Source of the DNA: Escherichia coli
Lineage (GTDB): Bacteria; Pseudomonadota; Gammaproteobacteria; Enterobacterales; Enterobacteriaceae
Length of the DNA stretch: 64,000 nucleotides
NCBI RefSeq assembly: GCF_003334335.1
Contig: NZ_QOWQ01000014.1
Strand: one strand, 5' to 3'
Shown in pieces: positions 20,756-34,839 of this stretch; position 1 is the stretch's first letter; each line of letters opens with the position of its first letter. The notes under the pieces are model-generated. The model made no database searches. It was not told where the DNA came from and saw nothing but the letters and a program-made list of their open reading frames with translations. The position numbers were made by a program, and so were the translations under genes.

Positions 20756-20784
20756 TAGTCAACGGCCCTGTTGCTCATTATAAT
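20756..20784 (+). promoter_or_regulatory. Candidate ndk promoter (-35 tagtca, 17-bp spacer, -10 tataat)
   Basis: tagtca at 20756..20761 and tataat at 20779..20784, about 57 bp upstream of the ndk ATG. Confidence 0.35.
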
Positions 20785-20840
20785 CCGCGCCATCTCGTAC
20801 GCTGGTACAGACAACAACAGAACAATTTACAGAGGTAAAA

Positions 20841-21272
20841 ATGGCTATTGAACGTACTTTTTCCATCATCAAACCGAACGCGGTAGCAAAAAACGTCATT
20901 GGTAATATCTTTGCGCGCTTTGAAGCTGCAGGGTTCAAAATTGTTGGCACCAAAATGCTGCACCTGACCGTTGAACAGGCACGTGGCTTTTATGCTGAAC
21001 ACGATGGAAAACCGTTCTTTGATGGTCTGGTTGAATTCATGACCTCTGGCCCGATCGTGGTTTCCGTGCTGGAAGGTGAAAACGCCGTTCAGCGTCACCG
21101 CGATCTGCTGGGCGCGACCAATCCGGCAAACGCACTGGCTGGTACTCTGCGCGCTGATTACGCTGACAGCCTGACCGAAAACGGTACCCACGGTTCTGAT
21201 TCCGTCGAATCTGCCGCTCGCGAAATCGCTTATTTCTTTGGCGAAGGCGAAGTGTGCCCGCGCACCCGTTAA
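20841..21272 (+). CDS. ndk: Nucleoside diphosphate kinase
   Basis: ORF 143 aa, [39 protein letters not shown]... Confidence 0.97.
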
Positions 21273-21335
21273 TAATTTCGTAAATGCCGCGTGCAAACGT
21301 GGCATCCGTGCGCCAGAATTTGTACAATGCAGCGC

Positions 21336-21375
21336 CCCCGGACGAGCAGCCGCTCACCGGGGCGTTTCTTTTTTC
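21336..21375 (+). terminator. Putative intrinsic terminator downstream of ndk
   Basis: Stem ccccgg (21336..21341) / ccgggg (21357..21362) followed by cgtttcttttttc. Confidence 0.4.
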
Positions 21376-21421
21376 AACCCTCCAGGGGCCATAACGTGTA
21401 ATAACGAGGCCGGAATAGCAT

Positions 21422-22576
21422 ATGTCTGAACAATTAGTCACACCTGAAAACGTCACCACGAAAGATGGAAAAATCAACCTGCTGGATCTCAACCGTCAGC
21501 AGATGCGGGAGTTTTTTAAAGATTTAGGTGAAAAACCCTTCCGCGCCGATCAGGTGATGAAGTGGATGTATCACTATTGCTGCGACAACTTTGATGAGAT
21601 GACCGACATCAACAAAGTGTTGCGCGGCAAACTGAAAGAGGTGGCGGAAATCCGCGCACCGGAAGTGGTTGAAGAACAGCGTTCATCTGACGGCACCATT
21701 AAATGGGCGATCGCCGTTGGCGATCAGCGCGTCGAAACGGTGTATATCCCGGAAGACGACCGTGCCACGCTCTGCGTCTCTTCGCAGGTGGGGTGTGCGC
21801 TGGAGTGTAAATTCTGTTCCACCGCCCAGCAGGGCTTTAACCGCAACCTGCGGGTGTCGGAAATTATCGGCCAGGTGTGGCGTGCGGCGAAAATCGTCGG
21901 CGCAGCAAAAGTCACCGGTCAGCGTCCGATCACTAACGTAGTGATGATGGGCATGGGCGAGCCGCTGCTCAACCTGAACAACGTCGTTCCGGCGATGGAA
22001 ATCATGCTTGATGATTTCGGTTTTGGCCTGTCTAAACGTCGCGTCACGCTTTCCACTTCCGGTGTAGTTCCGGCGCTGGATAAACTGGGCGATATGATCG
22101 ACGTTGCACTGGCAATTTCCCTGCACGCGCCGAACGACGAAATTCGTGACGAAATTGTGCCGATCAACAAAAAGTACAATATCGAAACGTTCCTTGCTGC
22201 GGTGCGCCGTTATCTGGAGAAATCCAACGCCAATCAGGGCCGAGTCACTATTGAATACGTGATGCTTGACCACGTTAACGACGGCACTGAACACGCGCAC
22301 CAACTGGCGGAACTGCTGAAAGATACGCCGTGTAAGATCAACCTGATCCCGTGGAACCCGTTCCCGGGTGCGCCGTATGGACGCAGCTCGAACAGCCGTA
22401 TCGACCGTTTCTCAAAAGTGCTGATGAGCTACGGTTTCACCACTATTGTGCGTAAAACTCGTGGTGATGATATCGATGCTGCCTGTGGTCAGTTGGCGGG
22501 CGATGTTATCGACCGTACGAAACGTACCCTGCGTAAACGGATGCAGGGTGAAGCCATCGACATTAAAGCGGTCTGA
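21422..22576 (+). CDS. rlmN: 23S rRNA/tRNA m2A methyltransferase RlmN (radical SAM)
   Basis: ORF 384 aa, [27 protein letters not shown]...; radical-SAM CALECKFC motif. Confidence 0.97.
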
Positions 22577-22580
22577 TAGC

Positions 22581-22624
22581 CATTACGCCACGGTTACTTT
22601 ATGTACCGTGGCGTAATGTTTTAT
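22581..22624 (+). terminator. Intrinsic terminator after rlmN
   Basis: Perfect 13-bp inverted repeat attacgccacggt / accgtggcgtaat with a 10-nt loop, followed by gttttatg. Confidence 0.55.
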
Positions 22625-22860
22625 GAATGAAGTATTAAGTTGCAATTGTCTGGTCAATATTAACGGTGCGTTTTTGCTGACTTTAAGGCAGTATGTAACG
22701 ATGCAACAGTAAGTTAGCCTTAGTGAATGTGGGCTTTGTCACGAGCACACAGACGGTCTTATACTGTATGATAACGGTTAACTTAACGGATGTTTCGCGG
22801 TGTGGGTGAGCATGATGGTTCACCGGCATCTCAATTCTCATTTAAACGTACCTGCAGCGA

Positions 22861-23874
22861 ATGAATACTGAAGCCACGCACGACCAAAATGAAGCACTTA
22901 CTACCGGCGCTCGCCTGCGTAATGCTCGCGAACAACTAGGACTTAGTCAGCAGGCCGTTGCCGAGCGACTTTGCCTGAAGGTTTCCACGGTACGCGACAT
23001 TGAAGAAGATAAGGCACCCGCCGATCTTGCTTCAACATTCCTGCGCGGATATATCCGCTCTTATGCGCGTCTGGTACATATTCCAGAAGAAGAACTGCTG
23101 CCAGGGCTGGAAAAGCAGGCTCCACTTCGGGCTGCAAAAGTTGCGCCGATGCAGAGTTTTTCCCTCGGTAAACGCCGCAAAAAACGCGACGGCTGGCTGA
23201 TGACCTTCACTTGGCTGGTGTTGTTTGTGGTTATCGGCCTGAGCGGTGCCTGGTGGTGGCAAGACCACAAAGCTCAGCAGGAAGAGATCACCACTATGGC
23301 CGATCAATCTTCGGCGGAACTGAGCAGTAATAGCGAGCAGGGGCAGAGTGTTCCATTAAATACGTCGACAACTACAGACCCGGCTACAACGTCCACGCCG
23401 CCAGCGTCTGTGGATACTACCGCAACCAACACGCAAACACCTGCCGTAACTGCGCCAGCACCAGCTGTTGATCCGCAACAGAATGCGGTTGTTTCGCCTT
23501 CGCAGGCAAATGTTGATACCGCCGCGACCCCGGCACCAACGGCAGCAACAACGCCAGATGGTGCTGCGCCGTTGCCAACCGATCAGGCTGGCGTGACCAC
23601 GCCGGTGGCTGATCCGAATGCGCTGGTGATGAACTTTACTGCCGATTGCTGGCTGGAGGTCACTGATGCTACCGGTAAAAAATTGTTTAGCGGTATGCAG
23701 CGTAAAGACGGTAATTTGAACTTAACCGGCCAGGCACCGTACAAACTGAAAATTGGTGCGCCAGCCGCAGTACAGATCCAGTATCAAGGGAAACCTGTCG
23801 ATCTGAGTCGTTTTATCAGAACTAACCAGGTTGCGCGTCTGACCCTCAATGCCGAACAATCACCGGCGCAGTAA
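22861..23874 (+). CDS. rodZ: Cytoskeleton protein RodZ (HTH, transmembrane, Pro/Thr/Ala-rich periplasmic linker)
   Basis: ORF 337 aa, [37 protein letters not shown]... Confidence 0.95.
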   Translation: MNTEATHDQNEALTTGARLRNAREQLGLSQQAVAERLCLKVSTVRDIEEDKAPADLASTFLRGYIRSYARLVHIPEEELLPGLEKQAPLRAAKVAPMQSFSLGKRRKKRDGWLMTFTWLVLFVVIGLSGAWWWQDHKAQQEEITTMADQSSAELSSNSEQGQSVPLNTSTTTDPATTSTPPASVDTTATNTQTPAVTAPAPAVDPQQNAVVSPSQANVDTAATPAPTAATTPDGAAPLPTDQAGVTTPVADPNALVMNFTADCWLEVTDATGKKLFSGMQRKDGNLNLTGQAPYKLKIGAPAAVQIQYQGKPVDLSRFIRTNQVARLTLNAEQSPAQ

Positions 23875-23900
23875 CAGACGGGTAACGCGGGAGATTTTTC

Positions 23901-25019
23901 ATGCATAACCAGGCTCCAATTCAACGTAGAAAATCAACACGTATTTACGTTGGGAATGTGCCGATTGGCGATGGTGCTCCCATCGCCGTACAGTCCATGA
24001 CCAATACGCGTACGACAGACGTCGAAGCAACGGTCAATCAAATCAAGGCGCTGGAACGCGTTGGCGCTGATATCGTCCGTGTATCCGTACCGACGATGGA
24101 CGCGGCAGAAGCGTTCAAACTCATCAAACAGCAGGTTAACGTGCCGCTGGTGGCTGACATCCACTTCGACTATCGCATTGCGCTGAAAGTAGCGGAATAC
24201 GGCGTCGATTGTCTGCGTATTAACCCTGGCAATATCGGTAATGAAGAGCGTATTCGCATGGTGGTTGACTGTGCGCGCGATAAAAACATTCCGATCCGTA
24301 TTGGCGTTAACGCCGGATCGCTGGAAAAAGATCTGCAAGAAAAGTATGGCGAACCGACGCCGCAGGCGTTGCTGGAATCTGCCATGCGTCATGTTGATCA
24401 TCTCGATCGCCTGAACTTCGATCAGTTCAAAGTCAGCGTGAAAGCGTCTGACGTCTTCCTCGCTGTTGAGTCTTATCGTTTGCTGGCAAAACAGATCGAT
24501 CAGCCGTTGCATCTGGGGATCACCGAAGCCGGTGGTGCGCGCAGCGGGGCAGTAAAATCCGCCATTGGTTTAGGTCTGCTGCTGTCTGAAGGCATCGGCG
24601 ACACGCTGCGCGTATCGCTGGCGGCCGATCCGGTCGAAGAGATCAAAGTCGGTTTCGATATTTTGAAATCGCTGCGTATCCGTTCGCGAGGGATCAACTT
24701 CATCGCCTGCCCGACCTGTTCGCGTCAGGAATTTGATGTTATCGGTACGGTTAACGCGCTGGAGCAACGCCTGGAAGATATCATCACTCCGATGGACGTT
24801 TCGATTATCGGCTGCGTGGTGAATGGCCCAGGTGAGGCGCTGGTTTCTACACTCGGCGTCACCGGCGGCAACAAGAAAAGCGGCCTCTATGAAGATGGCG
24901 TGCGCAAAGACCGTCTGGACAACAACGATATGATCGACCAGCTGGAAGCACGCATTCGTGCGAAAGCCAGTCAGCTGGACGAAGCGCGTCGAATTGACGT
25001 TCAGCAGGTTGAAAAATAA
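23901..25019 (+). CDS. ispG: HMBPP synthase IspG (GcpE)
   Basis: ORF 372 aa, [36 protein letters not shown]... Confidence 0.97.
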
Positions 25020-25108
25020 TAACGTGATGGGAAGCGCCTCGCTTCCCGTGTATGATTGAACCCGCATGGCTCCCGAAACATTGAGGGAAGCGTTGAGGGT
25101 TCATTTTT
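25020..25108 (+). ncRNA. sroE: SroE-like 3'UTR-derived small RNA candidate between ispG and hisS
   Basis: Stable hairpin gggaagcg-cct-cgcttccc at 25029..25047, and a second stem gaaccc/gggttc followed by atttttat ending near 25108. Positional assignment only. Confidence 0.35.
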
Positions 25109-25129
25109 ATATTCAGAAAGAGAATAAAC

Positions 25130-26404
25130 GTGGCAAAAAACATTCAAGCCATTCGCGGCATGAACGATTACCTGCCTGGCGAAACGGCCATCTGGCAGCG
25201 CATTGAAGGCACACTGAAAAACGTGCTCGGCAGCTACGGTTACAGTGAAATCCGCTTGCCGATTGTAGAGCAGACCCCGCTATTCAAACGTGCGATTGGT
25301 GAAGTCACCGACGTGGTTGAAAAAGAGATGTACACCTTTGAGGATCGCAATGGCGACAGCCTGACTCTGCGCCCTGAAGGGACGGCGGGCTGTGTACGCG
25401 CCGGCATCGAGCATGGTCTTCTGTACAATCAGGAACAGCGTCTGTGGTATATCGGGCCGATGTTCCGTCACGAGCGTCCGCAGAAAGGGCGTTATCGTCA
25501 GTTCCATCAGTTGGGCTGCGAAGTTTTCGGTCTGCAAGGTCCGGATATCGACGCTGAACTGATTATGCTCACTGCCCGCTGGTGGCGCGCGCTGGGTATT
25601 TCCGAGCACGTAACTCTTGAGCTGAACTCTATCGGTTCGCTGGAAGCACGCGCCAATTACCGCGATGCGCTGGTGGCATTCCTTGAGCAGCATAAAGAAA
25701 AGCTGGACGAAGACTGCAAACGCCGCATGTACACTAACCCGCTGCGCGTGCTGGATTCAAAAAATCCGGAAGTGCAGGCGCTTCTCAACGACGCTCCGGC
25801 ATTAGGTGACTATCTGGACGAGGAATCTCGTGAGCATTTTGCCGGTCTGTGCAAACTGCTGGAGAGCGCGGGGATCGCTTACACCGTAAACCAGCGTCTG
25901 GTGCGTGGTCTGGATTACTACAACCGTACCGTTTTCGAGTGGGTGACTAACAGTCTCGGCTCCCAGGGCACCGTGTGTGCAGGCGGTCGTTATGACGGTC
26001 TTGTGGAACAACTGGGCGGTCGTGCAACACCGGCTGTCGGTTTTGCGATGGGCCTCGAACGTCTTGTATTGTTAGTACAGGCCGTTAATCCGGAATTTAA
26101 AGCCGATCCTGTTGTCGATATATACCTGGTGGCTTCAGGTGCTGATACACAATCTGCGGCTATGGCATTAGCTGAGCGTCTGCGTGATGAATTACCGGGC
26201 GTGAAATTGATGACCAACCACGGCGGCGGCAACTTTAAGAAACAGTTTGCCCGTGCTGATAAATGGGGTGCCCGCGTTGCTGTGGTGCTGGGTGAGTCTG
26301 AAGTGGCTAACGGCACAGCAGTAGTGAAGGATTTGCGCTCTGGTGAGCAAACGGCAGTTGCGCAGGATAGCGTAGCCGCGCATTTGCGCACGTTACTGGG
26401 TTAA
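25130..26404 (+). CDS. hisS: Histidyl-tRNA synthetase
   Basis: ORF 424 aa, [38 protein letters not shown]... Confidence 0.97.
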
Positions 26405-26421
26405 GGAAGGAGAAGGACAGC

Positions 26422-27042
26422 GTGGAAATTTACGAGAACGAAAACGACCAGGTAGAAGCGGTTAAACGCTTTTTTGCTGAAAATGGCAAAGCACTGGCTG
26501 TTGGGGTGATTTTGGGCGTTGGCGCACTGATTGGCTGGCGCTACTGGAACAGCCATCAGGTTGATTCTGCACGCTCCGCTTCTCTTGCCTATCAAAATGC
26601 GGTTACCGCAGTGAGCGAAGGCAAACCGGATAGCATCCCGGCGGCGGAAAAATTTGCTGCTGAAAATAAAAATACTTATGGTGCGCTGGCTTCTTTGGAA
26701 CTTGCGCAGCAATTTGTTGACAAAAATGAACTAGAGAAAGCTGCCGCCCAGTTACAACAGGGGCTGGCAGACACGAGCGATGAAAATCTCAAAGCCGTGA
26801 TAAATCTGCGTCTTGCTCGCGTTCAGGTACAGCTCAAGCAGGCTGATGCCGCGCTGAAAACCCTTGATACCATCAAAGGTGAAGGGTGGGCTGCCATTGT
26901 TGCCGACCTGCGTGGTGAAGCATTGCTGAGCAAAGGTGATAAGCAAGGTGCGCGTAGTGCATGGGAAGCAGGCGTGAAAAGCGATGTTACTCCGGCACTG
27001 AGCGAAATGATGCAGATGAAAATTAATAATTTGTCCATCTGA
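26422..27042 (+). CDS. yfgM: YfgM, inner-membrane TPR-like protein
   Basis: ORF 206 aa with GTG start, MEIYENENDQVEAVKRFFAENGKALAVGVILGV... Confidence 0.9.
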   Translation: MEIYENENDQVEAVKRFFAENGKALAVGVILGVGALIGWRYWNSHQVDSARSASLAYQNAVTAVSEGKPDSIPAAEKFAAENKNTYGALASLELAQQFVDKNELEKAAAQLQQGLADTSDENLKAVINLRLARVQVQLKQADAALKTLDTIKGEGWAAIVADLRGEALLSKGDKQGARSAWEAGVKSDVTPALSEMMQMKINNLSI

Positions 27043-27052
27043 GAGGGACCCG

Positions 27053-28231
27053 ATGCAATTGCGTAAATTACTGCTGCCAGGACTGCTTTCCGTTACCCTT
27101 TTAAGCGGCTGTTCGCTGTTTAACAGCGAAGAAGATGTGGTAAAGATGTCCCCATTGCCAACCGTTGAAAACCAGTTTACGCCGACCACGGCGTGGAGCA
27201 CTTCCGTTGGTAGCGGCATTGGCAACTTCTATTCCAATCTTCATCCGGCACTGGCGGACAACGTTGTCTATGCAGCGGACCGCGCTGGTTTAGTAAAAGC
27301 GCTGAATGCGGATGATGGCAAAGAAATCTGGTCTGTCAGCCTGGCCGAGAAAGATGGCTGGTTCTCTAAAGAGCCTGCATTACTTTCTGGCGGTGTGACC
27401 GTGTCTGGTGGGCATGTCTACATTGGCAGCGAAAAGGCGCAGGTTTACGCGCTGAATACCAGCGATGGTACTGTGGCATGGCAAACTAAAGTCGCGGGTG
27501 AAGCACTTTCGCGCCCGGTGGTCAGCGACGGTCTGGTGTTAATCCACACCAGTAACGGTCAGTTACAAGCGCTGAACGAAGCTGACGGCGCTGTCAAATG
27601 GACAGTTAACCTCGATATGCCTTCGCTCTCTTTGCGTGGCGAGTCTGCGCCGGCAACGGCTTTTGGTGCGGCCGTCGTGGGGGGCGATAATGGTCGCGTC
27701 AGCGCAGTGCTGATGGAACAGGGCCAGATGATTTGGCAGCAGCGTATTTCCCAGGCGACCGGTTCTACCGAAATTGACCGTCTGAGCGATGTTGACACGA
27801 CTCCCGTCGTTGTTAACGGCGTTGTTTTCGCGCTGGCCTATAATGGTAACCTGACGGCGCTTGATCTGCGCAGTGGTCAGATTATGTGGAAACGCGAACT
27901 GGGTTCGGTGAATGATTTCATCGTCGACGGCAATCGCATCTATCTGGTCGATCAAAATGACCGGGTGATGGCGTTGACCATTGATGGCGGCGTTACGCTG
28001 TGGACACAAAGCGATCTGCTGCATCGCCTGCTGACTTCTCCGGTGCTGTATAATGGCAACCTGGTGGTCGGTGACAGTGAAGGTTATCTGCACTGGATTA
28101 ACGTCGAAGATGGTCGTTTCGTTGCCCAGCAAAAAGTTGATAGTTCCGGTTTCCAGACTGAACCGGTTGCCGCTGACGGCAAACTGCTGATCCAGGCAAA
28201 AGACGGAACCGTGTACTCTATTACACGTTAA
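27053..28231 (+). CDS. bamB: Outer-membrane assembly lipoprotein BamB (PQQ beta-propeller)
   Basis: ORF 392 aa, lipoprotein signal MQLRKLLLPGLLSVTLLSGC. Confidence 0.97.
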   Translation: MQLRKLLLPGLLSVTLLSGCSLFNSEEDVVKMSPLPTVENQFTPTTAWSTSVGSGIGNFYSNLHPALADNVVYAADRAGLVKALNADDGKEIWSVSLAEKDGWFSKEPALLSGGVTVSGGHVYIGSEKAQVYALNTSDGTVAWQTKVAGEALSRPVVSDGLVLIHTSNGQLQALNEADGAVKWTVNLDMPSLSLRGESAPATAFGAAVVGGDNGRVSAVLMEQGQMIWQQRISQATGSTEIDRLSDVDTTPVVVNGVVFALAYNGNLTALDLRSGQIMWKRELGSVNDFIVDGNRIYLVDQNDRVMALTIDGGVTLWTQSDLLHRLLTSPVLYNGNLVVGDSEGYLHWINVEDGRFVAQQKVDSSGFQTEPVAADGKLLIQAKDGTVYSITR

Positions 28232-28253
28232 TCGTCTCTGTCGTTCACTTTGA

Positions 28254-28285
28254 AAACGGCTCCTGGACAGGGGCCGTTTTCCTGT
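28254..28285 (+). terminator. Putative terminator after bamB
   Basis: aaaacggctcctggacaggggccgttttcctgttttt: an imperfect GC stem followed by a T-rich run. Confidence 0.45.
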
Positions 28286-28348
28286 TTTTAACAACGACGC
28301 GAATATAGCGTGCGTTGTCTGATGATTTATAAAAATGAGGCTTTAAAC

Positions 28349-29821
28349 ATGGTACCTGTGGTCGCGCTTGTCGGGCGCCCTAACGTAGGAAAATCCACGT
28401 TATTTAACCGTCTAACTCGCACCCGAGATGCGCTGGTTGCGGATTTCCCGGGTCTGACTCGTGACCGTAAGTACGGTCGTGCGGAAATTGAAGGCCGTGA
28501 GTTTATCTGTATTGATACCGGCGGGATTGATGGCACAGAAGACGGTGTAGAAACCCGCATGGCGGAACAGTCGCTGCTGGCGATTGAAGAAGCGGACGTC
28601 GTACTGTTTATGGTGGATGCGCGCGCGGGCCTGATGCCGGCAGATGAAGCGATTGCCAAACATCTGCGCTCCCGTGAAAAACCGACCTTCCTGGTGGCAA
28701 ACAAAACTGACGGTCTGGATCCCGATCAGGCAGTGGTTGATTTCTACTCGCTTGGTTTAGGTGAAATCTACCCGATCGCCGCGTCTCACGGTCGTGGCGT
28801 ATTAAGTCTGCTGGAGCATGTGCTGCTGCCGTGGATGGAAGATCTCGCACCGCAAGAGGAAGTCGACGAAGACGCTGAATACTGGGCGCAATTTGAAGCG
28901 GAAGAGAACGGCGAAGAAGAAGAGGAAGACGACTTCGACCCGCAAAGTCTGCCGATCAAACTGGCGATTGTGGGTCGTCCGAACGTAGGTAAGTCTACAC
29001 TCACTAACCGTATTCTTGGTGAAGAGCGCGTTGTTGTTTACGACATGCCTGGCACGACGCGTGACAGCATCTACATCCCAATGGAACGCGATGGACGTGA
29101 GTATGTGCTCATTGACACCGCTGGCGTACGTAAACGCGGCAAAATCACCGATGCTGTAGAGAAATTCTCCGTAATCAAAACGTTGCAGGCCATTGAAGAC
29201 GCCAACGTGGTGATGTTAGTGATTGATGCGCGCGAAGGTATTTCCGATCAGGATCTCTCGCTGCTGGGCTTTATTCTCAATAGTGGGCGCTCACTTGTCA
29301 TTGTGGTGAATAAGTGGGATGGCCTGAGTCAGGAAGTGAAAGAGCAGGTGAAAGAAACGCTGGACTTCCGTCTGGGCTTTATCGATTTTGCTCGTGTGCA
29401 CTTTATCTCTGCCTTGCACGGCAGTGGTGTTGGTAACTTGTTTGAATCAGTACGTGAAGCGTATGACAGCTCCACCCGTCGTGTGGGGACCTCTATGCTG
29501 ACGCGCATCATGACGATGGCTGTTGAAGATCACCAACCGCCGCTGGTACGCGGTCGTCGTGTGAAGCTGAAATATGCCCACGCCGGTGGTTATAACCCGC
29601 CGATTGTGGTGATTCACGGTAATCAGGTGAAAGACCTGCCTGATTCCTACAAGCGCTACTTGATGAACTACTTCCGCAAATCGCTGGACGTAATGGGATC
29701 GCCGATTCGTATTCAGTTCAAAGAAGGGGAAAACCCGTATGCGAATAAGCGTAACACCCTGACGCCAACCCAGATGCGTAAACGTAAGCGTCTGATGAAG
29801 CACATCAAGAAAAATAAATAA
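28349..29821 (+). CDS. der: Ribosome-associated GTPase Der (EngA), two GTPase domains
   Basis: ORF 28310..29821. Start trimmed to ATG at 28349 ([22 protein letters not shown]...) for 490 aa. Two GxxxxGKS P-loops. Confidence 0.96.
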
Positions 29822-29890
29822 TTATCCGTAAGTATTTTATCTGCCATTCCCTCTATGAATGTAGAGGGAATGGCTACCGGAGGAATTCAT

Positions 29891-31503
<1,613 letters not shown>

Positions 31504-31585
31504 TTATTCAGTCGATAGTAACCCGCCCTTCGGGGATAGCAAGCATTTTTTGCAAAAAGGGGTAGATGCAATCGGTTACGCTCTG

Positions 31586-31591
31586 TATAAT
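31586..31591 (+). promoter_or_regulatory. Consensus -10 hexamer TATAAT of the likely guaB promoter
   Basis: ctctgTATAATgcc, 44 bp upstream of the guaB ATG. No good -35 found. Confidence 0.4.
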
Positions 31592-31634
31592 GCCGCGGCA
31601 ATATTTATTAACCACTCTGGTCGAGATATTGCCC

Positions 31635-33101
31635 ATGCTACGTATCGCTAAAGAAGCTCTGACGTTTGACGACGTTCTCCTCGTTCCTGCTCACTCTACC
31701 GTTCTGCCGAATACTGCTGACCTCAGCACCCAGCTGACGAAAACTATTCGTCTGAATATCCCTATGCTTTCCGCAGCAATGGATACCGTAACGGAAGCGC
31801 GCCTGGCTATTGCTCTGGCTCAGGAAGGCGGTATCGGCTTTATCCACAAAAACATGTCCATTGAACGCCAGGCAGAAGAAGTTCGCCGTGTGAAAAAACA
31901 CGAATCTGGTGTGGTGACTGATCCGCAGACTGTTCTGCCAACCACGACGCTGCGCGAAGTGAAAGAACTGACCGAGCGTAACGGTTTTGCGGGCTATCCG
32001 GTCGTTACCGAAGAAAACGAACTGGTGGGTATTATCACCGGTCGTGACGTGCGTTTTGTTACCGACCTGAACCAGCCGGTTAGCGTTTACATGACGCCGA
32101 AAGAGCGTCTGGTCACCGTGCGTGAAGGTGAAGCCCGTGAAGTGGTGCTGGCAAAAATGCACGAAAAACGCGTTGAAAAAGCGCTGGTGGTTGATGACGA
32201 ATTCCACCTGATCGGCATGATCACCGTGAAAGACTTCCAGAAAGCGGAACGTAAACCGAACGCCTGTAAAGACGAGCAAGGCCGTCTGCGTGTTGGTGCA
32301 GCGGTTGGCGCAGGTGCGGGTAACGAAGAGCGTGTTGACGCGCTGGTTGCCGCAGGCGTTGACGTTCTGCTGATCGACTCCTCCCACGGTCACTCAGAAG
32401 GTGTACTGCAACGTATCCGTGAAACCCGTGCTAAATATCCGGATCTGCAAATTATCGGCGGCAACGTGGCAACAGCTGCAGGTGCACGCGCTCTGGCAGA
32501 AGCTGGTTGCAGTGCGGTTAAAGTCGGCATTGGCCCTGGCTCTATCTGTACAACTCGTATCGTGACTGGCGTCGGTGTTCCGCAGATTACCGCTGTTGCT
32601 GACGCAGTAGAAGCCCTGGAAGGCACCGGTATTCCGGTTATCGCTGATGGCGGTATTCGCTTCTCCGGCGACATCGCCAAAGCTATCGCCGCTGGCGCAA
32701 GCGCGGTGATGGTAGGTTCCATGCTGGCGGGTACTGAAGAATCTCCGGGTGAAATCGAACTCTACCAGGGCCGTTCTTACAAATCTTACCGTGGTATGGG
32801 TTCCCTGGGCGCGATGTCCAAAGGTTCCTCTGACCGTTATTTCCAGAGCGATAACGCTGCCGACAAACTGGTGCCGGAAGGTATCGAAGGTCGCGTAGCC
32901 TATAAAGGTCGCCTGAAAGAGATCATTCACCAGCAGATGGGCGGCCTGCGCTCCTGTATGGGTCTGACCGGCTGTGGTACTATCGACGAACTGCGTACTA
33001 AAGCGGAGTTTGTACGTATCAGCGGTGCGGGCATTCAGGAAAGCCACGTTCACGACGTGACCATTACTAAAGAGTCCCCGAACTACCGTCTGGGCTCCTG
33101 A
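31635..33101 (+). CDS. guaB: IMP dehydrogenase
   Basis: ORF 31566..33101. Start trimmed to ATG at 31635 ([21 protein letters not shown]...) for 488 aa. Catalytic loop [11 protein letters not shown]. Confidence 0.97.
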
Positions 33102-33169
33102 TTCTCTTCGCCCGACTTCATGTCGGGCGATTTATATTATCTGTTTCACTTGCCTCGGAATAAGCGTCA

Positions 33170-34747
33170 ATGACGGAAAACATTCATAAGCATCGCATCC
33201 TCATTCTGGACTTCGGTTCTCAGTACACTCAACTGGTTGCGCGCCGCGTGCGTGAGCTGGGTGTTTACTGCGAACTGTGGGCGTGGGATGTGACAGAAGC
33301 ACAAATTCGTGACTTCAATCCAAGCGGCATTATTCTTTCCGGCGGCCCGGAAAGTACTACTGAAGAAAACAGTCCGCGTGCGCCGCAGTATGTCTTTGAA
33401 GCAGGCGTACCGGTATTCGGCGTTTGCTATGGCATGCAGACCATGGCAATGCAGTTGGGCGGTCACGTTGAAGCCTCTAACGAACGTGAATTTGGCTACG
33501 CGCAGGTTGAAGTCGTAAACGACAGCGCACTGGTTCGCGGTATCGAAGATGCGCTGACCGCAGACGGTAAACCGCTGCTCGATGTCTGGATGAGCCACGG
33601 CGATAAAGTTACCGCTATTCCGTCCGACTTCATCACCGTAGCCAGCACCGAAAGCTGCCCGTTTGCCATTATGGCTAACGAAGAAAAACGCTTCTATGGC
33701 GTACAGTTCCACCCGGAAGTGACTCACACCCGCCAGGGTATGCGCATGCTGGAGCGTTTTGTGCGTGATATCTGCCAGTGTGAAGCCCTGTGGACGCCAG
33801 CGAAAATTATCGACGATGCTGTAGCTCGCATCCGCGAGCAGGTAGGCGACGATAAAGTCATCCTCGGCCTCTCTGGTGGTGTGGATTCCTCCGTAACCGC
33901 AATGCTGCTGCACCGCGCTATCGGTAAAAACCTGACTTGCGTATTCGTCGACAACGGCCTGCTGCGCCTCAACGAAGCAGAGCAGGTTCTGGATATGTTT
34001 GGCGATCACTTTGGTCTTAACATTGTTCACGTACCGGCAGAAGATCGCTTCCTGTCAGCGCTGGCTGGCGAAAACGATCCGGAAGCAAAACGTAAAATCA
34101 TCGGTCGCGTTTTCGTTGAAGTATTCGATGAAGAAGCGCTGAAACTGGAAGACGTGAAGTGGCTGGCGCAGGGCACCATCTACCCTGACGTTATCGAATC
34201 TGCGGCGTCTGCAACCGGTAAAGCACACGTCATCAAATCTCACCACAACGTGGGCGGCCTGCCGAAAGAGATGAAGATGGGCCTGGTTGAACCGCTGAAA
34301 GAGCTGTTCAAAGACGAAGTGCGTAAGATTGGTCTGGAGCTGGGCCTGCCGTACGACATGCTGTACCGTCACCCGTTCCCGGGACCAGGCCTTGGCGTTC
34401 GTGTTCTGGGTGAAGTGAAGAAAGAGTACTGTGACCTGCTGCGCCGTGCTGACGCCATCTTCATTGAAGAACTGCGTAAAGCGGACCTGTACGACAAAGT
34501 CAGCCAGGCGTTCACTGTGTTCCTGCCGGTACGTTCCGTTGGCGTAATGGGCGATGGTCGTAAGTATGACTGGGTTGTCTCTCTGCGTGCTGTCGAAACC
34601 ATCGACTTTATGACCGCACACTGGGCGCATCTGCCGTACGATTTCCTCGGTCGCGTTTCCAACCGCATTATCAATGAAGTGAACGGTATTTCCCGCGTGG
34701 TGTATGACATCAGCGGCAAGCCGCCAGCTACCATTGAGTGGGAATGA
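33170..34747 (+). CDS. guaA: GMP synthase (glutamine-hydrolysing)
   Basis: ORF 525 aa, [40 protein letters not shown]...; PP-loop SGGVDSS. Confidence 0.97.
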
Positions 34748-34772
34748 TTTGACCCTGCACTATGAATGAACA

Positions 34773-34802
34773 AAACCCTCTGTTACTACAGAGGGTTTTT
34801 TA
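34773..34802. terminator. Bidirectional intrinsic terminator between convergent guaA and yfgI
   Basis: aaaaccctctg-ttactaca-gagggtttttt, with A-run and T-run flanking the stem. Confidence 0.6.
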
Positions 34803-34839
34803 TCTTCAAGAATTATAGGATTGAAGTTACTAACATCGA

